DNA from: Ascidiella aspersa
Taxonomy: Eukaryota
Assembly: GCA_963924565.1 (NCBI GenBank)
Contig: OZ004615.1
Location: forward strand, 18,228,001-18,292,000
Reading direction: 5' to 3'
DNA length: 64,000 bases
A program made the translations under genes and the position numbers. Each line of letters begins with the position of its first letter. Position 1 is the stretch's first letter. The notes under the pieces are model-generated. The model searched no databases, was not told the origin of the DNA, and worked only from the letters and a program-made list of their open reading frames with translations. Of the stretch, positions 1 to 12,819 are shown in pieces.

Positions 1-24
1 AACTTATTTATTGTGTACTTTAAG

Positions 25-1000
25 AACTGAAGCAGGGACCAATGATGATGATGAAGTGTCCGAACCATGGCCACAAATTCCAACACAGGTAAACTTCATT
101 TGAAAGATAATTTAACCTCTGGTTGATTTTCTATTTTGTGGCATTTGCGCTTACGTAAGGCTTTCAACACTCAAATCATAGAACACACTCATTAGCAAAG
201 TAAGTCTAAACCAATGATGGCACCATTTTTCTTCTTTTTAAACATGCAGCTTTACTAAAAGCAATCAACACTTCCAAGATATCCAACCTAATTTAACTTA
301 TTTAAAAAAAAATCTCAATTTAATTTTTGCAATCTTTCTAAATCAACAATGTTTTATATTTTATCCATTTAAATCATTATAGTGCGGGTTAAATATCTAA
401 GATTTTTACAGGTGACCAATAGCAGTACAGTTGAAAAACTCGATCTTGGCAATTTGTCAACTTCTTCGAAAACTTCTGCAAGCATAAACAATACTAAGTT
501 GCCATCCCCAAGATCTGTTCATACTATATCAAGTTCAAAGGTAAATGCAAAAAAAAAACTAGAATGGGGTTGCATTTATTTCGAACCAAGTTACCACATG
601 AACTTATAATACAACTAATATGCACCCGACCTAGTGCTAAGGGTACAACAGTCCAGGGGCTTTCATAACATTTAATTTACTGCACTTCTGTAATTTTTAA
701 CATAGCAAATCATCAGGAATAGAGAATTTTGTCTCTAATCTGACAAATGGGCTTACTTCTAAATAACATTTAATACAGTTTTAAAAACTTAGAGTTTGCA
801 TGTTTACATAGCAACCTGTTTAAAACTATGAATGGATGCCTGTTAAAAAAAAATTAAAATATGACCACTGTTATTGATGTCAACAGCCAAGTGTACGAGA
901 AGATGTAACAAAAGCTGATGCATCACCAGCTCCACCCCCGCCCTCACCAGAAGTGCCCCTTCGATTGACCCCCTTGCGCAAAAAACGCCATCCATCCTGA
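25..1000 (+). CDS. 3' end of an unidentified protein-coding gene (low-complexity Ser/Thr/Pro-rich C-terminus); partial
   Basis: Hand-spliced exons 25-88 (aag|...CAG|gtaaac; TEAGTNDDDEVSEPWPQIPTQ), 412-540 (ttttacag|...AAG|gtaaat; VTNSSTVEK...SSSK) and 887-1000 (caacag|; PSVREDVTKADASPAPPPPSPEVPLRLTPLRKKRHPS*) join in frame with GT-AG boundaries. No recognisable domain. Confidence 0.6.
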
Positions 1001-2902
1001 ACAACTTTCTTTGCCTTGTTAATAAAAATTATTGTTTTCAAGCAATATTGATCATCTTGCATTTGTTCATTCTATCACTTTGGAATATGTTTAGAGTGAA
1101 TACATATTGTGACTTTAGGTAGATGTACAAGGTATTGTCACGGAAAAACAAAATTTTTAGCCCACTATGACAATTAATAGGTTCTGATTTCTAGGTGCTC
1201 TAAAATTGTTTTTTTTGTTTTCTAGTATATTGGTTTATTAAAATACCACAAATCAGAGAGGTGATGAAGACTAATAAATATTTTGTGCAAAAAATCATGA
1301 AATTTAATACTACATGATTAATATAAATCCTGTTGCATTGTGAAATGTGCATTAACTTTATTCTTGTTACATCTGTGTAGTATTTTTAGCAAAAAACTAA
1401 ACTCGTGTTTATTCATGTTACACAAAAATGATATTCATATTATTTTGCTAACTGCTATGACCAGCATTTTCAGTTCTGGTTTAAATTTTTTAACTCTTCC
1501 TGTTTGAAAAGGTCAGTCATCATGTGTTGAACAAATTTTTATTCAACACATAGAATACAAGAGGAAAATACAAGTTGGTATACGACTGAACACAGATATT
1601 TGAGAATCTATGGCAACGACAGTAACAATTAAATAAAACTGATGTGTTCCAAACAATCAGATTAAACCAATGGAATGCAGGGGTAATTTATGCTTTGAAC
1701 AGGGACTTTTGTAAGGCTTTACAGTTAAACAAATGCGATTATTAGAAGCTCCAGTTTGGAGTTTTTGCAACATTTTAAATCCATCTATGGACATTAGAAT
1801 ATGGGTATTTATTGCCAAGCCAGCTTTCTAATCTTTGTTTTTTTTGGGCTAATTTTTTGTTAACTAATTTAAAGTTTGCACTTTTGTTTAGGTCAACTTT
1901 TAAGTGAAATAAATGTGTTTTATATTAACAATCTGTAAAAGACATAAATAGACGAATGTTATAAAAAAAATATATACTACCCATAAAATCCTGTCAAATT
2001 ACACAAAAGCTATGAAAAATCACAAAAACGATTTTTTAAGTAAATAAAGGTATTGTAACCATCAGTTTCCAAAAGGATCAATGTCCGTTTGCATGGTTAC
2101 AAACAGTACAAAAAGTACACGTACATTAAATTTTTCTGTACAATTTAAAAGATAAATGTCTGACCAGTTTTACATTTAAATATTTGTAATTTATGTAGAA
2201 AAATGAAACATCATAGTTGTTATTACAGTTTGATGTGATTACATGTATGTATTTGAATAATAGTAAACTGAATGCATCCATGAAATGCTATAAATGGTGG
2301 CGCTTCAAACACACACAAAATCATATGAAGGTGTATTTATGCGACACAGGCCCGCCGAAAAATGAAGACAAATTGCACTGAAGCTCACAAATTTCACGAG
2401 AGCCAAGACTACAGCCATTTTTTTATCCTATTTTTAACAATTTTTTTCTTTACTATTACTACAAGTGCGAGAAAAGCCACATCATACCAAAGCTTTAGAA
2501 AGCTTCAATACATATATATGTACACAAATGTTTGTAGCAACCAATAAAGCAAAAATCAAGATATCTATAATTTGCATGCTCTCTTTGTTAAATCTGAACA
2601 AAGCTGACAAAAAGCGCTAGGTGTAAAGATATTTCTTCAATCAAAAAAAAAATTAAAATATGTTTGGAGCAAAGTGCATTTACATATATACTATATGGAA
2701 TAAGATTTCTTATATGTTTCTATCATACCATTTCGGCAAAGTTTAGACCATGATTGATATTATTATTAGGCAAAAGAAAACTTAAAAACACATTTTCAGC
2801 ATTGAATCATAACGAATTATTGGATTTGTTGTTTTTGTTTTTTGCATTAGCAAACAAAAATATTGAAATTTCACCAGGATTTTGTCAAGAGACAAACGCG
2901 CT

Positions 2903-5900
2903 TCAGTGACAACATTTACCGGTTGATCCACCGGCCGCATCTTGGTTTAGATTTTGTACTTCGGGTCCAGGACGATTGGGTCCGCCATCGTTTTTGGGCA
3001 ATTTTTCAGCTTCAAAACGCAAAGGTTTGGTCATGAATTATATTTTTAAACATTTTTTTTAAACAATACATTTTATCATTGTCTAAAGCAGTGATTCTCC
3101 ACGCGGCTCTCAGAGCCGCATGCGGCTCTCCACTGTACATGTTGCGGCTCTCACTAACGGAGTGAAAAATTAGTTAGCAGTAGCAGAACTGCAACAAAGG
3201 AAGTAAGAGGAATCAAGAATTAATGAATTTGATCAGCAAGGATCCCGAGTACGAAGTACTAATGTTACCGAGTACTTCCGTCCGGCTCTTTAAAATAATT
3301 TTGTGGTTTGTTACGTCACAATATATTTAGTCCTGATCGCCAAGCTATGGCAATAGGCAAAGCTATGGCAAACACTGTTAATTAGTTAGCCTAGGCTAGC
3401 GTGATGTATATTTGTTGTTTTCTTGTTGCTATTTTAATGTTTTTTAATTATATGCCTAGTGTTTTTTTTATGCGGCTCCTTGCAAATCTTAGGTTTGAAA
3501 TGCGGCTCTGGCTCTAAAAAAGGTTGAGAATCACTGGTCTAAAGTTTAGACCGGGTTTGGCAATTTTTTCTGCTAACGACCAGTTAAGTCAGGCAATATT
3601 TAGCACACTCTAATGCAGGGGTGGGCAATTATTTTTAACCGCGGGACGCATGAGAATCTTAAAATGCTGTGGTGGGCCGGATCAAAAATAGAATCTCAAA
3701 TACATAAAAAATATGACGTCATACTCGGACACTATAAAACAAATAAGCGAAAGAACTTGTTATTACGTTAGGAGTGAAAATAAATAGAAAAATAGTGTGA
3801 CTATGAACTATTTGTTTTAAAATGCAAACTTTAATTTAGACATAGAGGGTGACGTCACACATTTTGCACAGATAAAAAATGTAGACTACTTAATGGATTG
3901 GCGTTGATTAAATTGTTGGGCTTATGACCAAAAATCAGGCTTCAAGTTACAGATGTGTTCCTTGCGGTACAATGGCCATATTGCCAGATGTTACCCATGT
4001 CTGCTCTAGGGTTTGCTCAAAGACTATGTAATGTGATTACTCAAGTTTATTTTCCTAACCAAACAAACACAACTATCAAAGTTGACCAAACAATGAAAAG
4101 GCAAACTGTAGTACTTTATCCTTACAACAGTCACTTACCAATAGCTAAAAAGATATCATTGACATGCATTGCTGTTTTGGCAGAAGTCTCCATAAACAGA
4201 AGTCCATTTTCTTCGGAATATGCTGCTGCCTCCTGCAAATACACATCATATCTATTAGCTTTTTTATATATACTTTTAAGGCTATAACTTAATAGTGGTG
4301 TTGTATTGAAAACAGTAAAACCAAGAGTTGTTTTCACAGCATATCACATCTGCAAACTGAAAGTTGTCAGACTTGTGAAGCATGTGATTTTAGTATTCCG
4401 CTGCAGACACCAAAACCACTGAGCCATATAATGCCAATACTGCCCAAGGCCAGTGATTATCTTTAAACTTTGACACGATTACTGGCCACTGCCCTGACTG
4501 ACTGCCCTACCACAGCTAACTTCATATTGATTATTTGTTTTTCGAAGCTGCCAGGCACACAATAAGGACTATACAAGAATTGCATGAATTATGACATTGC
4601 CTCCTAACATAAAGCTATATATAGAATCCATTCTCAATTGACATGTTGGTAATGTATAACAACATGTATTCTTGTTGAACTACTGTTTTCTATAATTACT
4701 CATGCATTTGAAATCATGTTAAATTTATCTTGCATACAGTCTAACCTGTAATTCTTGATTAATTAAATGTTACTTTCTAAGCACTTTGACACAAGCATGT
4801 GAAAAAAATTATATTCCAAATAGGTGTGAAAAAGCGCATATGGGTTCCTGGCTTTTAAAGAAGTCTGTGTTATGTTAAACATGTTGTTTTCAGTTATATT
4901 CAACTTTGAAACCCCACCAAGTCAACCTAACTATCATATTACAAAATCTGTACTGCATATAAAAACTTGTAATATGAAAACCACGCTAATGAGTAAAATA
5001 TCTGAATGTTTTTTACTATTTTAGAAACGATTATAGACCATCTTTATACATATAAAACTGAGAAAAGAGTGTTATAAAATACAGTGTTTGTTCTAACCAA
5101 TAACAATTTAGTTTTTCTCAGATACAGTTTAGCAACAAGATTATGAATTTTGAATAATTAATTATTATTAAACATGACAGGAAAGATTTCAAATAAATCT
5201 GACATAATGCTAACGTGTCATGCGGTTACTAATTTATTAATAACACAAGTAATACAACGGTTATGGATTCTAACTAAAACAAATATAATAATGCAGTACA
5301 AAAAAAAAATATAAATTCCACCCAAAATTATTTAATTTTGCCTAGCTACAGTTTATTTTTTAATAGTAATACAAGGCAAAATGCCCAATGTTACACAGGT
5401 TAAATCTAGGGTATTTACTAATAACAATCCTGTGCCACCTTTTGGTAAATATCAAACGCATATTGCCTGTGACAAACCATTCTCAGGTATCGTTTAAAAA
5501 AGTGTAAAATTCCATCCAGCTGTGGCCTCTTATTAACTATTAAATATTATGCTGTACCATCCTGTATTAATTTTCTAAAACAGTGTGTTAAAGCCAAACA
5601 TTTTTTCATGTTTCAGTATTTAAGCCTTGGTTAAAAAAATTCAGACAAATATTGATTGGTAGTTGGTAGTGTTGCATTACCTCATGGTCGACCATTCGTT
5701 TATTGGACAAGTCAGCCTTGTTGCCAGCAAGGGCGATTACAATGCTGGGACTTGCTTGTCGCTGGAGTTCTTTAACCCACGTCTTAGCTCGTGCAAAGGT
5801 GTCCTGAAACACAGTACAAAACAATAGTAAAGTACAAAAAACATATTACGTAAGTTCTTTCCTTATCAGGGGACATAGTTTCAGTTTTAACAAACTAAAA

Positions 5901-8900
5901 CATACCATTTTGTATGACATACAGTCAAAGCAACTTTATTGTCAGCTAGAATTCTTGAGTTTTGTTCATAAGCACTTAACACTATATCTCACAGTACTGA
6001 ACAACTAAAAATAATTCAGTCTTTTTCATTAAAAAACTCCCCAAGCTGGTTCTTTTTAAATCAAAAATGAGTGATGTTCAAACTTCAGGCAAACAAAATA
6101 ATTTCCTGTTGATTGCCAGACTTAGGTGGTTACCAAGTTTGTTTAAGACTGATAAACTTTTTATAGAATTGGAAGGTATAAAAGTATTTTGTGTATGATT
6201 AAATTCATTCATCAGACCAGCGTGGTCCAACTTCTTTTCATCGCGGGCCAAAAATTTTTTTTCAAATAGCGATTCAGGCTTATTGCTGGCAAATTATACA
6301 TAGCCCATGGCAGTGATTCTTAACCTTTTTTCAGCCGCGCCCCACTTTGATAATTTTCATAGGCCTTTCGCCCCCCCCCCCCACGCCGCTACGAAAATCA
6401 ATTCAGCATTTTCAATTAAATATCACTAAGACAACTTGAAAATAGTAAAGTTTGTTGTCGATCGCGCAAAGCGCGAAATAAATTGAGTTTAATTGGTTGA
6501 ATTGACGCTAAACTGTAAATTCAGGAGGGTTTTCACATTGATTTAAACAGTACGTTATCTTGTTTCAAAAGATGTGACGACACACAATACAACGGCCATA
6601 TTGCAAAAACATTATAGATTCACGCAAAAAAGTTTGATTTCCCCTGTTGCAAGCCTGTTGTCATATATAAAATATGGATTAAAAATAGTTTGAACGGGAG
6701 ATGACTTTCATCGTTTATCTATAAGTTAGAAAAAAATGTAATTAAATAGGGCCATTATACATTCGATGATATGAAAACATGCAAAGGCACTCAAAGAGAC
6801 TTTGGGCTAAAACATTTCTCGCGAAGCTCGAAAATTTTTTGCAGGTTTAATGTAAAACATTGCAAAAACAGAGTTTGTAGCCTACAGCGCTGTAGGAATG
6901 GTGTAAAACCCAAACGAAACAATTAAAATCTTTGCAAAAAATTTAAAAATTAACTTGGAGCTTGTGTGCCCCTAAGAATTGCTTGGCGCCTCCCTAGGGG
7001 GGCGCCCCCAGAAGCGCTGGCATATGGCTTATATACTAACTTAACTTGATTTAAATATTTTTAACAAATGGCTTGACTTGGCCATTGAGTCGAATGGGTT
7101 GAAATTAAGTGTTTTCATCTAACATGTTATTATAAAATTAAGTACTGGTTCATTACACTTATTTCCAATTTACCTTCACATAAAAAAGCAGATGTTTTTT
7201 TAGTAAAATAATTTTCAAAGTTCAGCCATTGTACCAGGTGGTTTACTGACTGTGACATTCAACATTTTATAAGAAAAAAATCCGCAATTTTTCTAATTTC
7301 CAATTTTTCCAATCAACACTCAAATTAACGTCTTACTTAATTGTTTCCGAGGGGCTAGATCACAGAAGTTATTAAACACATATGTTTGTGTGTGTCTTTC
7401 ATTAATTGTTTGGACTTTTACAATGTTTTAAATGCTTGTTTATTGTGTTTTTAGTAGTTGCACAAGTGTGAATTGTCTTTGGAATTTATCATAAGGCATC
7501 GCCAATCAACCAATAGAATCCAATTGATCCAACAACACCAAACTTTTCAATACACAAATAAATTCACAAAGATTCAAAGACTTGGTGATAATCCTGCAAT
7601 ATTTAAGGGTGCTGGTAAAACTAGATTTTTTTTATTGAGTGCAATGCAACACTTAAACTTAAGACAAATTCTGTCTGTTTCATAAAACGTTGATAATGAT
7701 AAATATTCCGCATGTAACCTTGTTGGTGAGTGGCTTAAAATTGACCTGAACCACCTAGTAGTGTATTATAGAGATAGACCGATATATCTGTTTACCGATG
7801 ATATCGGCCGATAATTGGCTTCTACCGATATATCGGTATCGATAAATGTAGGCCGATATTTTAGTACAAGAATACGATAAAAATTTTCCTGTAGAACAAA
7901 CAACTTACCCATTTTTCGATCAAACAAATTTTGGTTTTAGCATCACGCCAAGTTAATATGCAAAATAATAGTTTAATAATTAATAAAAGGTATATAAACT
8001 AAAACGGTATTTGGATTTTTCTTTTTTAATTTAAGTTTTGAACATTTCCCGGGTAAATAAAAAAATTAGTATCCGTTGATCAGGTATTGTATTGGTCCTA
8101 AAAAGTCATATCAGTCGATCCCTAGTGTTTTTTACACCCTGAATTTCTAGTCATGCGTCAAAACGCCCTGGAATTTTGACATGCAAGGAAAACTATAAAG
8201 ACAACACAAAACATGCCCTCAGGAACACAGTTTAGGTTAATTAACATTGTGCAATACTTTCCTAAATTAAGGCGTGGGAAGGTAACATCTGCAAAAGTAT
8301 TGCACTGCCTCCAAATATATAAACCAAAGCACTGAAATGATATGATTTCATTTAGTAATGAACAATTTGTTCTGGCAAAATTATAGGAGACACAAGCATT
8401 GTTCTATTTATAACATGCGGAAGCGCAGAAATGGTTTTCCAAGAGCTTCGTTGAAAAAAAAAACGCCTTGAAATACACATTGGTCAGCTAGTCCAATAAT
8501 ATTTAATTAACAATATAACTAACAACCAAACGAAAGGTATCAAAATTGACAAGTAATTCATTGTGCGACGGCATGGCGTCATACTACTTGCTTGCATACA
8601 AAGCAAGCAGTCTAAATGTTTTGGCACCATGAGGGGCATAAGCATTTAAATGAGTAGCAACCTCCTGTATCTCAACATTGTATTTAAAAAAAATTGTAGC
8701 CGTTACAATTACTAATTACCAATAAATGCAATTATATAAATCATTGGCGTTATAACCAGTTTAGGCAGTGCTCAGTCACACATCTATTAGCATAGTAACT
8801 TAATTGCAAGAATGCTATCCTTGATAACAAATTATATCTGGGCATAAGTTGACAATAACTGAATAATTTGGGTTAAAGTGTCTATTTAAAGTGAGAATGA

Positions 8901-10300
8901 TATTTTTAATTCATTTTTCTTTATTTTAGGAAAAAAAACATAACATTAGTCCAGAATGCTTGTTGGCTGGGCTGCTGAGTCGGTTAAAAATGTCGCGAGT
9001 CGAAATGCGCATTTCGTTAAGTCTAGAGTCAGGCTCCGACTCTACAGTCTGTATTTCACTTATTTAAATTATACAAATTGGATGGATATTGGATATACAG
9101 CAATCCACTCATGGGGGTATAGACATGCTGGTATGCCTAGTTACTATTACAGCTTGTGGCCTTAACAGTTTTAAAATATGGTATGCCCATGTCAGGCTTG
9201 GGACTCAATAAGTCTTACATAATCATACTCAAGGCCCAGAGTCTGACTCCAACAAAACGAACCAACTCTGACAAGTCTTAACAAGTCGCGTTCTGACTCC
9301 GTCACCCTGCTTGTGAGTCGTAATAACTTTTAGCTACTTGATTCCAACAACCCGCAGTAGAACTTTCACAATCCCTACTAATGAAAGTTAATATAGTGCA
9401 TGGTTGTTGAAAAGCAAAAAAAAACAAGTGTTTGACTAAACAACAACATAATATTTGGTAAACTGATATAAATTCGTAAAGCACACCTGATTTGTTATAT
9501 CGTACACAACAATAGCTGCTTGTGCTCCTCTATAGTACATCGGTGCGAGGCTGTGATATCTTTCCTGGCCTGCTGTGTCCCAGATTTCAAACTTAACAGT
9601 GGTATCTTGCAAGCAAACGGTTTGAGTGAGGAAGGCCGCTGTAAAGTGCAAAACAAGTAGTTATTATTTGACGAAAATATTAAGATAACATAGAATAAGA
9701 TAATTATGAGCTTTGTGTAAAACACTCAACCCTGGTGTAATTTGTTTGACAAATTGTTAAAATAGATTTATCATCTACTGAATATAATGTAAATATCAAA
9801 CATATTTTATAATGTCAATTTACTTGACCTATTTGCCTTAGCGTTCAATATTCTTTATTAAAGATATGTGCATAGTTTACATAAAATTAATCATTTTATT
9901 AAATAAAAGCTAATAAAACATAAAATAGTTTAAATAACATTAAACTAATGATTTATCAGATAAATTTTAACACATTTAAAACATACCACAAAGTTTTTAC
10001 CATAATTCAAAAATATAGTGCTTTAAAATCAAAGTTCATGTTTTAAATAATTGGGCAATTTTTGACTTTGTTAGAGTTGTATAATGTATAAAAGCTGTCA
10101 TGCCCACAATAAACGAGCAAAGGTAAAAAAGGCAGCATTGCACAGTTACCTCCGATTGTGGATTCTTGATATTCGTGAAATTGTCCTTTGACAAACCTTA
10201 ATACCAAACTACTTTTGCCAACTGCTGATTCACCAAGCAGGACCAACTTAAATTGGCATATCTTTCCTTGCGCTGCATTTGCCGTTCGTTGAGCTGACAT
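2903..10300 (-). CDS. RAB5: Rab5 small GTPase (early endosome), 5 coding exons, 208 aa
   Basis: Exons 10300-10150, 9638-9487, 5803-5681, 4232-4139 and 3009-2903 are all GT-AG and total 627 nt in frame. Motifs: [15 protein letters not shown] effector, [28 protein letters not shown], and C-terminal prenylation GKCCH*. Confidence 0.98.
3089..3536. mobile_element. hAT/Charlie-like MITE in the last Rab5 intron
   Basis: TIR CAGTGATTCTC/GAGAATCACTG; perfect 8-bp TSD GTCTAAAG (3081-3088, 3537-3544); GCGGCTC subterminal repeats. Confidence 0.92.
6218..7050. mobile_element. Nested MITEs: outer element from 6218 (right end unresolved), inner element 6311-7019
   Basis: Outer end CAGCGTGGTCCAACT is homologous (inverted) to 29545-29664. 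Inner CAGTGATTCT...AGAAGCGCTG has a degenerate TSD GCCCATGG/GCATATGG. Confidence 0.75.
7769..8124. mobile_element. MITE with TAGRGAT..ACCGAT termini
   Basis: TAGAGATAGACCGATAT / ATATCAGTCGATCCCTA inverted ends; repeated CCGAT/ATCGG motifs; TSD GTGTATTA/GTGTTTTT. Confidence 0.75.
8967..9309. mobile_element. Degenerate MITE with GACTC subterminal repeats
   Basis: CTGGGCTGCTGAGTCGG ... CTGACTCCGTCACCCTG ends resemble the termini of the 28900-29382 element. Confidence 0.5.
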
Positions 10301-11263
10301 TTTTCTTTTTGTTAGGGAAGTTTATATACAGAACTTTGAAATAAATTGAACAATATAAAACAAAAAGTCTGCGATTATATTTAATGCTAAAATTAAAAAG
10401 AAATTCTTAATAATAAGTAAAAAAAGCATTCAAAAAGTGAATTAATTATATAGTCCACTCATAAATGTAAAAATATAAACACTTAGCTGTAAATTTTAGC
10501 ATTAACTTAAGTACATTAACTTTTCGATAAATTTTAGGCTGCCTAAACATCTTCCTTGCAAAGTTTTCAATCTGGGTGAATAAAAGTAGGCATAAAATCA
10601 TTTTATACAGGAATACAGGATTTTAACATCCTTATTTTTACTTTGTATAAGCGCCAACATTCTATATAACTTTTGAATGGGTGGCTTTGAGAACAAGTGT
10701 CTGAGTTTACAGAACAGAGGAATTCTGCAAGGCTATTACATAACATGTCAATAAAAAATGTGCGTTACTTTAGGATTGAGAATCTTGGTGTTAATTTTTG
10801 GCGCTTAACTAATTAGGACAAACAAGAGCAAAATTGAAGAAAAACAAGGTTATACAGGTATGCACGGCTGTGTTTACTTGTGCTTCCTACATTTTGGTTC
10901 TAATTCATAGACATGATAATTATTTTATTATTTTGTCGTAAATTAAGTTGGGGTTTAAATAAAACATCAAGCTGAAATAGATAGCTCTCAATCCACACCT
11001 ATGCAAATGTAATCAACAAAAGATTGTTTCAAACCTCACTAGTAGGGCACAATCACTTTTACTTTGTGGATGTTAATGATTAAATATTTTTAACACGTTC
11101 AAAACAGTTTTAACTTACACAAAAGCACATTAAAAAAAACGATTTTATTTACAACAAAAACGACTTCAGTATATCAATAGATTTGCATAACATATTTCTA
11201 TTCTTAAATCCTAATGTAAAATTTATGGCAAATAAGCAATTCTCGATATCTTATTAAAACAGT

Positions 11264-11462
11264 GGGGGCTAGTCTAGAAACCACAACGCACATTATTTGG
11301 GTTAGGGTGCGGGTTAGCGTTTGGGTTAGGGTGGGTTATGCAATATTATTAAAAAATGAATATAATAATACTTGATTCACCAACACCCTAACGCTAACTC
11401 GCACCCTAACCTAAATATTGTGCGTTGATTTAATAACTGTGGTAGGATTCTAAACCAGCGCC
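11264..11462. mobile_element. Palindromic (foldback) MITE with telomere-like GGGTTA units
   Basis: Inner arms at about 11284-11321 and 11390-11428 are near-perfect inverted repeats. The termini are shared with 17630-17832. Confidence 0.75.
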
Positions 11463-12819
11463 AAACGGTGTTTAGAGCATTGTAAGGACGCATATACCGA
11501 TATGAAACAAGATCACACAAATGTTAGTCATTGTCCTAGCCCGGGGTGATATTTTTCAAGACAAATCAATCGATTAAATTTGTTAAGTTTGCGATTTTTA
11601 TGAAACTGCAATCAGTCAACAGTTGACGCAACAATGGTCTTTTTAAAACGTCTAGATTTCGACGAGGTTCTTTGAAAGTATTCATGGGAAACGAAAATTT
11701 ACAAGCGTTTTGATGAACGCTACCCAGCATACTATATGTAATATAACTAACTATACATCATAGATATAACTGCTTAAACTTGCAACTGTCTAACATGTCC
11801 AAGAAAGTTTTTGTTATGTCTCAAGGCTTGTCTAAAACTTTCACATAAAATATCCAAAAATGGTGGACGTAATATTGTGAATGCAAACAATGGCAGATTG
11901 GCAGGTGATTAAGCAAAGTTAGGGGGCGCTCTAACTTGTTTGGGCGTTAAAATCCACAAAAGCAACGTCATACTTTCAATGGTTTCCTACAATTGCTCCA
12001 AAGTACTTAAAAAGTCATTTTTTATGTAAAGTTGTTTGTTATTTCAAATTTCAATTACATAAAAAAAGGTTTTTCAACACCCAAGTTAAATAAATGTTTT
12101 CCAACGCCCTTAGCTGCAACTTGCAATACCAGTCACATAAAAACTTGGATAATAATTTGTTTTTTCGTGCGAATAAAATTTGATTTCGTCACCGATCAGA
12201 ACACTGTGTTTTCTATTAAGGATTCACTGCACTACAATGATAACAACTTTTTTATTTTCCATGATAGACCTATCTTAATCATAGATCAGAACTGAAAAAA
12301 CTAAAGAATAAATTCAACCTCTAAACTTTAAATAGCAGAATAGTAACATTCTGTCTTTTCTATACTGAAAAGGGGACAACAAAGTTTTAAATCTGCATGA
12401 ATAAAATGTAATTTATCCAAATAAATTGCACACCAAACCTAAAAAGCTGACACAATAAAGAATCACGTTTTGAGATGGGTGGCAAATTCTTACAAACCAG
12501 CACAAGGCAATTTAAAAGTGCAAGTTTGCGAAAAAAACGTTCTAATAAATGAAAGCAGCAAACGCTACACACAAGAAAGCATTGTTAGTGGATATCGGTA
12601 CATCATCAATAAAAGTACAATAGTTATACAAAATTGAATAGATATAATATTCATCTAAGGGTGCGCAAGTTTTTACAACCGGTATTTTATGCGATAATAT
12701 AGTTATAATTGGTTGAAATAGAAATGCAGATTAGCTGCTGTCAAAAGTTGGCTTGATTAGATGTGGAGCATTGTCTGCTTCTGTTGGTGTTGGTAAAATA
12801 TATCTTCTCCAATTGAAAA

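Noticed and set aside
2903-2914. Rab5 ending CCH rather than CCSN
   Set aside because: CCX endings are normal for invertebrate Rab5.
11299-11412. Interstitial telomere
   Set aside because: Only a few degenerate GGGTTA units, forming the arms of a foldback MITE.
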